Positions 53,421-64,000 of a DNA stretch of 64,000 bases are shown here, piece after piece. Numbering within the stretch: position 1 is the first letter of the stretch; each line of letters starts with the position of its first letter. Source of the DNA: the human T2T-CHM13v2.0 reference genome, Homo sapiens; the NCBI RefSeq assembly GCF_009914755.1, contig NC_060926.1; one strand, given 5' to 3'. The notes beneath the pieces were generated by a model that was given only the letters and a program-made list of their open reading frames with translations, did no database searches and had not been told where the DNA came from. Position numbers and translations under genes: made by a program.

Positions 53421-55842
53421 AATTCTCTTTTTAAGCTGAGAGAAACTGATCTTGGTTGGGTTGGCACTTCGTGGTTCGTTGCTAACGGATAGAAGTGTGG
53501 GGCTGCAGAAATGATTGAAAACTCTAGGTCAGAGTCATGAGTGAACATCAAATATCCCTTTATGAAAGGAAAGGGAGGACTTGCGAGAGATTATGTCCTT
53601 CTTTTGCTTACCTTCTCTTCCTAAATTGAGTGGCATCTTTTGTAGCTAAAGGAAAAAGTTAAGAGAGCAAACAAGCAAGCCACATGTTAGCAAAAGAACC
53701 ACCAGATTGTCCTAGGCCGGTCCCGAGAGGAGAAAAACAGCTTCCAATGGGAGGGCGTGGTAGGGTTAAATGTGGAGGAAGGCCAAGGAAGTACTGAAAA
53801 CTTAACACTGAATTTGGCAACAAGGAGGTGCTCATCTTTACAAGAATAATTCCAGTGGAACGGCATTACTGCAGTGGGATGAAGAACACCAAAAACATGA
53901 GAACATGAAGACGGAACCTCAGTGCTTCCAGGCAAATACAACAGCAACTAACGATTTAAATAGAAACATTTCAGTCTTTGCAGTCACTGAATGGAAACAA
54001 TATCCTTAAAAGACCTGTCTCATGCTGAAATCTTTGCAGAGGAAATGATACAATGCTTGGGGATGCTTGGGGTTTGCTTTATTGTAATTGGGGTGGTGGA
54101 GTAGTGGGCGGGGGAGAGTAGATGAAATAGATAGACCACACGTTGATCATTGTTGCATTTGGATAAGACTTAGTGAGAAGGGTCGTTTTACTCTTCTTTC
54201 TGCTTTTTTGTGTATTTGAAATTTTCCATAAAAAGAAGTTGAAAAGATCAAAGGCAGGAGAAAGTTTTTTTAAAAATGAAAAGACCTTTTCTAACTGGCC
54301 TTGAAATAGCTGAGATTTGATGTATTGGGAGAAGCAGATGAATTGGTGAATTTTATTCTATTAGCACATTTTAAAAATTATCACCCATGGAGGCTCACCT
54401 GCCTGCTGGTTTGGGATGACCAGTGACTCTCCCTCCGGAGGCTGTGTGTGTGTTCTCCTCTAGGCTGGTTCCTGGCTACTTTGCCTCAAGGTGAGTGCTC
54501 CTGTCCCTGGCTGTTTCCTTGTGATTGGCAGATTTGATTTATACCTAATTAGTCAGATGTCAACTCACCACTTGAACTTGACTTCTTCTAGAAGCAACAG
54601 GGAGAAACTGAACCCTAATTTATTTCTTGTAGGAGGTTTGGGGACAGCTCCTTCATATTCTCTGCAGTTATATTACTATTCTTGAGTTTTATTTGGGACG
54701 AAATATATTTAGTGAACTCTACTTAGAAATAGAATTTTCTTGGGCTTATTATGCCTCCTTCTAAATGTCCCAACAACTTGAGGTAGAGTGAAAAGTAAAT
54801 TTCTTGAAAAAAATATGGTAGGATAGGGAAGCAGAAGCATAAAATCCAAGGAAGAAACAATAAAGGAAAGATTTATAGGCTGAGTAGGTAAAAATGTTAT
54901 TTTGCTTAAAAACATGTAAATAAAATGAAGACAAATCTCAGAAAAATACCTGCAACATACATGACAGACAAAAAGGGCCATAGGAGTGATATCTTACGTG
55001 TGTGTATCAGTATAAAGCACCGTGTTTGTATGAATCAGTGTTCAGTATGCAAACACACATGCACATACATCCATACCATAAGGGAATGAGAAAATGACAA
55101 ATACTGGAGTGGAAATTTTAGGGAAAAAAAGGAAAAAAGTCAAACTCATATACAAAAATATTTAACTTTACTGGTAACCAAATATATGCCTTAAAAAATG
55201 CAAATTGATAATCAATTAGACACCACCTCCCCCATCAAATTGGTAAGGTTAAAAATCACCAATAAACAGTAATGGCAATGACAGGGTGGGATGGACACTT
55301 ATATCCTGCTAGTGAGAGTATAAATTGGTGCATCCTTAGTGTAAAATGTTCAGAAGCCTTAAGAACTTATATTTACCCCAGCGAATTCATATATTACTAG
55401 GAATCTATGTAAGGAAATAATTAGAGATACTGAAGTATATGTGCAGAGAATAATTACTACAGCCTTTAGCCAACAATGGAAAACAACACAAATTCATATA
55501 ATGGCATGTCATACATTCATCAGATATCACATTTCTAAAGAATAAGTTTCACACGATGAAAAGTCCTCGTGCTAAATGAAATATCATGCTAAATGAAAAA
55601 AATCAGAATATATAGTGTGTTAGAAACTTGGTTGTTCATGTGACTGATTTAGGCATGGTGGTACTTTCCCCTTCCCTCCCTTTTTTCTTTTACCAAAATG
55701 TTAACAGTTTAGCTGGGTGGTGAGATTGTTGGGAGATGTTTTTTTTTTTTAAATTTATGTAGCTTTTAATTTTTATTGTAGTACTTTTAACTCTGAACAT
55801 TATTAATTATACACTGAGAAAAATGTTAAGAAAAACAGACCT

Positions 55843-56142
<300 letters not shown>

Positions 56143-57114
56143 GTGAAACAGACCTGAAAGCAAATGACAAAATGATGTAAATGTAATGGGAACTTAATTT
56201 TTAATTAACTGCTTTATTTTTATCTGATAAGTAATATATGAATAATTCTCAGTATATGAGATTTAAGCCATACTTAAGTCTTCAGAGGAGGCTTCTCTCA
56301 CCACTACGCCTATCCATGAAGGAAACACGTTGAATAGTTTGGTGAATTTCCTTCCAATCCTTTTTCTACATATGCATATGTAAGTATGTGCACACATAAC
56401 GTATTTATACAGAGACACATAAGAACTTTAATAAACATGAATAAGACAATACCATATACATTTACTATTTTAAAAACTATTTTAAACATTTTGTCTTAGA
56501 GCCCTTTCCATACAGGTAGATGGTCTCATGCCTATAGTTGCAAGGTTCTTCCCCATTATTAATGGATATTTACATTGTGTTCTTCCTTCCCCTCTTACAA
56601 ACATTCCTGTAACAGGTATCTTTGCACATAGATTTTTGGGCACATGTATAAGTCTGGCTTTGGAAGAAATTCCCTCAAGTCAGATGGCTGGACCCAAAGG
56701 GTATGTGCATTTTAAATTTTGATAATTCAAATCATCCCCCAAATTCATTGTACATTTTCACTAGCATGTATCCCCACAGACAGAGTAAAGTAGTACTCTC
56801 TTCCTAAGAAGAACTCTGTGTAATACTTGATAATCATTGGTCCTTGGTGTGTAGAAATGCTTTGAAAACCCTGAAAGTAGGATGCAGACATAAGATCTTT
56901 ATTCAGCCTATTCTTTCCTCATTGGTTCATATGCTGAAGAAGCAAACTTAATATTCAGTCCAACAGTTAGAAATTTTTTTCTCTGAGATGTATGTGATAT
57001 ATCCATACTCTGTGAATAATAATATGCCTACTCTGAGGTTGTTATGGAATTAAAAGAAGTAATGCATACAGTGTAAAGTACTTAGCAGGCACTTAAAATG
57101 TTGACTTTTATTAT

Positions 57115-57900
57115 AAAAATATTCAACAAATTTATGCCTATTGTATATGCCTGTGTTGGGCTCTAGAATACAGTGCCAAACAGGAAAGCCAACATTCCTA
57201 CCCAAGCACAACCGACAGTCTCAGGAGGAAGTAGCAATGAAAATGAGAGAAGTTCTAGTTAAATGTGACGAGTGGGAAGTGCTGAGTGAAGATGCAGGAG
57301 ATGTCCCTCACCTGGCTTCAGTGGCCACAGAAGGCTTGCCTTAGCTACTGGCATCGGAGTTCAGACCCAGGGGAAGAGAAGGAGTTATGAAGGTGGAGAG
57401 ATGGGAAGAGAGCCCCAGGCAGTGGGGGAGCTTGGGGAATCCTAAGGAACAGAGAATGTTTGTCATTCCAGAGAAGTTTAGTGTGAGTGGAGAAGGTGAT
57501 AAAGCTGGTGAAGGAAGGGCCTTGATTGAATTAAGGATTTTGAACTTCATCCTGAGGGGAATGGAGGGGTTGTTAGCAGAGGAGAAATTAATTTGGGGTT
57601 TGAGCTGGCACACAGAGAATAGTTGGAGAGGCGGGCAGTTAGGAGGCAGTTGGGGAGATGGGGGCAGTCAGGAGGCAGGGCTGGGTGGCTGGAACCAGTA
57701 GGCTGTGTGGCTGAAACACTGCGGATGTACCCAAAGCTCTTTATAAAGTCAAGTCAACGATGTGGGGCTGAGAGAGAGAAAAATGCCAAGAGTGATTCTC
57801 CAGACTCCAGCCTGGAATATCAAGCAGGGGAAAAATAAAGAATGAGTAGTGAGGGTCTTGTTCTTCAGGGGGGCATCCTAGTCGTCTGCCTCTAGAACAC
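57115..57900 (-). mobile_element. L2 fragment
   Basis: attcaacaaatttat...; ttaaggattttgaacttcatcctgaggggaatggag. Confidence 0.7.
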
Positions 57901-59531
57901 AAAGCCCAGGGGAGGGGATGAACAGTTCTCAAGCGCATCCCATGGGCACTTGTGCTTGGTGCCTTCTGTGGCGTTGTGAGTTCTCAAGACAGCCTGCACG
58001 TAGGTAGGCACTGCACAGCACACTTGCCCTCCCTTATTCATAGTAAGAATCACTCTGATGACAGGCATATACTGCAGTGATCTCCAGTCTCACATCCAAA
58101 GCACTTTTGTATCTTTGATTCCCTAATATTTTCTCTGACTGGAAGACACCCTCAGCTATAAATGGAAAGAATAACAAAATAATAATCTCAAATATCTCCC
58201 ACCTCATGGGATGTATACCTTTTTGATGTTTGGACTTTTATGAAAAAGCAGACAAAAAGTAGAATGGAGTTGAAAAGGAAACACACTAGAGTCTTACTTC
58301 ACTGAGAATCTTAATTGCGTCCTCCTCCTGTGTTCTGTGCACGGCCACATCTGTCTGCATAGAGTTGTAAAGCAGTGTCTGGCTTTGTCCCCAGCTCTTT
58401 GTTTCATTCATCACTTATGTATGGGCTCTTTCTTCTTCTGGAACACAATGCTGTTTTGGTTTTCAGTGTTTCCCGGACCAGCCTCAAATCGGTCACCTTG
58501 GAAATGAGGTATTGAGCAAAGAGGTTGCCCTAGCAACTCTTCATTACAAGATGCAAAATGGACTCGATAATTTTATCTTAGCTCTTTCAAAAAGATTAAC
58601 TCTTCCCCAAGTCATATACACAATAAAACTGATTTAGCTATGTAATGAACCTAGAATTTAAAGCTCTTTATTTGCTGGTTGATTTGAAAAGCATTGAAAT
58701 AATTTGGGAAAATTGGTCTGCACCACTGGAGAGTCTACATCATCACCCATCATCATTGTCGTTATCATAATGTCTTTTACAGCATCCCATCAAGGCTTCC
58801 TGTGTTGTCCGTCCTTCTCCGGGTTCTGCACATAGCTTTGTGGCCAGATAGCCTGGATTGGTGCTCCAGCTCTGTCATTTACTCCTGAAGGACCATGGCA
58901 AGCTCCCTAATCTAGTATGCAGTGCACCCTCATCATATACTAGGTTCTGAGTAAAGCATTTGCTATCATCAAATATCTCATCTAAAACTTAGAGTGACCT
59001 GTGAGGTGGCTATTCAGCTCACCATTTAGCTGACAAGGAATATTTGGTGCAGAGAGGCTAGGGGTGCTGTCAAGTCATGACATTTTGTTGCTTTTAAATA
59101 TAATAGCAATGAACACAAAACTGTACACTGATAGAAAAGCTTTTTAATTAAAAATTTAAAACAGTTATCACAAAACCTACATATGTATATATTCAATGTA
59201 TAGAAAGATTAGAAAATGTAGATAAGTGAAAAAGAAAGAAGCAATAGTTATCATCCACCTCATCATCTCATGGTTATCTGGCCAGATCTTCTTACTTTCT
59301 GTATATAGATATCCAGACCCTTTGTTCTTTGTTTTTGTTTTTATCATAATTAAATGAAACTGAACATCCTGTTTTGTACCTGCATTTTTCAACCACCTAT
59401 CCATGAACATTGTTACATGCTGGCATATACTTATCTACTATACCAGTTTAAATGCTCAGCCTTTTAATTGAAATATATTAATTTAAACTTAAATTGAGAA
59501 TAGAGTTTTATTTTCTACAAGTTTAGATTGA

Positions 59532-59835
<304 letters not shown>

Positions 59836-62414
59836 GTAATTTACACTTAGTAACATACTCTCATGGGTTTATGAATGATCTTACTGACATGCGATTTGGC
59901 CAGCTGTTTTGTGGCCCTGCTTTCATTTTGTTCTATGGAGCCTGCAGGTGTTTCAGTTTGAAAGGCAGACATTTAAGTTTTGGCACTTGGCCATTTGCAC
60001 AACTGTAATATCTATAAAGCTGTTGCACCTACATTCAAAGATTCCCTGTGTGGGATTTACACAGCTATTACATTTCCATTACACACATCCAATCAGAACC
60101 TCTCCTTGGCCAATCTGGTAGGAAGCTCTGGGATATTTACTGGAAGAACTGATTTAGTTGAAAAACAGTGAAGTTGGAGAATTCAGTCAGAGTTGAACAA
60201 TAGATAATCACCAGTTTCACACTAGTTTCTCAATTTCAAAATGTTTTGTGATTGCTTTTAAACACAGCTAGAATGTTGTCAGGTGGAATTCGACCTGTTC
60301 TACTTTAACAATCAATAGCTGTGGGCACAGTTCTGTATTCTGTGTTCTTAATTTAGCATATGTTATGAACATTTTTCCTTACAATAGCCATTTTGGGATG
60401 AATTTTAGTGATTACACTAACATTCAGTAATATAAATTACTACAGTTTAATTATTCCTCCCAATTGGGGGCAGTTTACTTGGAATTTTGAAGAATCCTCA
60501 TTTTCCTGTATCTCTTTGCTATCCCTTAGAACAGTTAACAGTAAAAACAAAAAACATCAAAAAACGTTGCTAAATGGTATTTCAATTTCAATTTCAATTC
60601 TTTTATCATTTGTGAATAGTTTTCTTATGTAAGCTAAATATATCTCTTAAGCTGTTTTTCACATTATTCATATGTTTAGGAAACACCTCTTAAATAGCAC
60701 AGTTACATTTCATCCCATGTCTCAACTACCAAGAATTCAAATTTGGTGGAATCCAAACAATTATGTTTTATAATACGATAAACTTAAAAAAAGTTTTGAA
60801 TCTTAGCCGTTAATTTATATATAGTTTTAGTGTTTTATTTATTTAATAAATGATTATTTGGGACATGTTTTGTTCTAGAAACTAGTAATTTCAAAGGGGA
60901 ATAAAGGATTATAAAGTTTTATGAAGAGGAAAGACACACAACAAAACTGCAATTAAATACATTTGTCTATAAAGGAATTGAATAAGAAATTATGTAGAGT
61001 AGTCAGTGCCTGGCAGAGAGTAAGGATAAATAGTATTATCACTATTGATAATCACTATTGAGTACAGTGGTTGCTTACAGAGTATTTCATCTCACAGTGG
61101 GGAGAATTCTAACAGAATCAGCCCAAACTGGCCTGTTCATGCATCCCAGCAATTCCTTCTGCCCTTTATGGTCAGTGACTGTCTCTCTGCACCCTCCATC
61201 CCCATCTCGATCACTACCTCTACCTCTCTACTAGTCACAACCTTGTCACATATGGTGTAATTATTCATATCAATTTGATAAGGCTTCTAGGTTAACCTCA
61301 AGAGAATTGAATTAAAGTAGGTAATACCTTAAGCCTCCCTTAAATCAAATATTATCCAGAAGAGTCCCTCGTTAGCCAGTTATGCTTGATTTGCATTATA
61401 ACAGTAACAAGTAAATATTTCCCAAGGTGCCAAGACCAGGTGGTTTTATTCCCTCTCAAACAGAGCTCTCAATGTCTTCATTAACCTCAGCTCCCTCCCC
61501 ACTTGCTTTCTTACAGAAGCCGGGGGTGCCATGATTCTGCCCCCCAAGTCCTTATGAGAATGCCCCTTATGACCTCATAGTCACACTAAATTTGACATCA
61601 TAAAGAAAACATTTCCTGTGATCTCCACGCAGCCACCATGTTGTAAAAACTAAGATGTCAGACTCGAAGTGTGGGGTATGACTTTATCTTTCCCTGGATC
61701 TGCATGTGGAGAGGACGGAGAGTGGGTGCACACAAGCCAAATCTGAGCTACTATCACACTGAAGCACACAATGGCCACGAAAGGCATGAGGTTGAAATCC
61801 ACAAAAGAGGGAAGTAGAACACTAAGCAGTGGGTTTTTCTTAAGTACATTAAGTCAGGAGACAAGCTGATCATGATGAAATGTTATAATGTTGCTTAGTG
61901 GTATTGATTCACAATTGTGCCATACTGGGCAAATTTGGAAAGCTATTTACAGACTTCTAACGGGGTATTTTTTCCAGGGAAAGAAAAACCCAAGGGACTT
62001 TCATTTTGTTGAGACTGATCCTTTTTTTCTTCTAAAAGTTTATGTGACATATAGCTCTATTTCGAGAGATGATTTTATTTTTTTAAAATTTCTACAAGCT
62101 TCATTCTGTTTTCAAAGTTCAGTCCTCCCACCTTTCAGCCCACTGTCTGGTTCCTTCTCTTTGACAAGAATTGTTTAGAAGCCACATGCTGAATTCATGT
62201 GGTTGTTAAGTAGCAAGATTGGACTGTTCAGTTTCTTAACTTTCTTTCTCTTCAGTTTTCTAAATCTTTGCCTATTATTTGTTTGTTTTAGTCTTTGGTG
62301 GTTTAATTACCGAATTAAATATATGTAGTTTTTAAAAAATGAAACAATACAGTAAAAAGTAAAAGTCCTATCTACCTTCTTCACTTGTCTTGAAATCTCA
62401 ATTTTTAGAAGTAA

Positions 62415-62891
<477 letters not shown>

Positions 62892-63214
62892 TATTTTAAT
62901 ATTCCTAATACAAAAGCACTAAAACATCGTCCTACAGGTTTAAAACTTTATAGAAATGGTATTACACTGGAAGCACCATTATGAAACTTACTATTTGTTT
63001 TAATACTATGTTTTTGAGATTTTATCTATCTTGATTTATTTTTCCTGCTCTATTTTTCCACTAAGTGCAATACCATTTTTTGTAAATACGAATATATTTG
63101 AACTTTTTTTAACCTCTTATTTTTTATGCTTTCTGTTAAATGTCATTTTTAAATGATCACTGCTTGTATTTCTATTCCTTTAGTGATTGTTTTAAAAGTT
63201 TTAATGTAATGACA

Positions 63215-63523
<309 letters not shown>

Positions 63524-64000
63524 TAAGTCTCAAGGTATTTTGTATTTTTATTCTCCTCCCAAACACAATGGGGGATTTTAGTACCTTTTAATTAGTCATT
63601 AAAAACCTTTCCCCCAAAAATCTTGTCACTGTGATTTAGAGTTTCACTTTTGCCTTTAGGACATGTAATCTTTTTTGACTTTCAAGAGTTAATTAAATTT
63701 TTTAACAGTTTCAGCTGTATATCTCTTTATATCTAAAAAGCATCTTTAGTTTTCTCTTCGCTGTTGAGTGATAGTTTAGCTGGATATAAAAGTCTCTGTT
63801 AACTGTAAATTCCCCTTAGCAAATAAAGATATTATTTTCACATATCTATTATCTGATATATATACTACTCCTTTATACAGTCTGTTTTGTTTGAGTTGCT
63901 TTTAAGATTTTCTTTTAGATTCAGTATGCTGCAGTCTTATGATGATGTGTCTATGTGTGGATTTGTTTTTAGTCTTTTGTTGTGGGCTGATTTTTGATCT

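Noticed and set aside
59850-62200. Repeat-poor stretch as a further VWA3B exon or ncRNA
   Set aside because: I could not find the expected next peptide (recalled as VFPLAHVC...) or any RNA gene signature.

Overview
Primate (human or great ape) genomic DNA lying entirely within one + strand gene, VWA3B. Ten consecutive coding exons (4195-52957) splice into one open frame, about codons 438-891 by recalled human numbering. They include a VWA domain with an intact MIDAS motif and one GC-AG intron. The introns are mostly transposon-derived: L1, L2, MIR, about 20 Alu, a solo HERV-H LTR7, other LTRs and DNA transposon fossils. One intron holds a full-length processed ATP5F1B pseudogene. Nearly all ORFs in the supplied track are repeat-derived or chance. 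I found no new multi-gene system. The most interesting signals are small. (1) A candidate in-frame 27-nt microexon follows a UG tract (54464-54490). (2) One Alu carries a copy of the unique 5' flank of another Alu 14.9 kb away. (3) That second Alu belongs to a closely spaced inverted pair sharing private mutations. (4) One Alu has a twin-priming-like 5' inversion. (5) A MIR-derived exon would introduce an early stop. (6) An internal L1 fragment looks like a non-classical insertion. Repeat subfamily names, residue numbers and repeat boundaries come from recall and visual reading and need RepeatMasker/BLAT confirmation.
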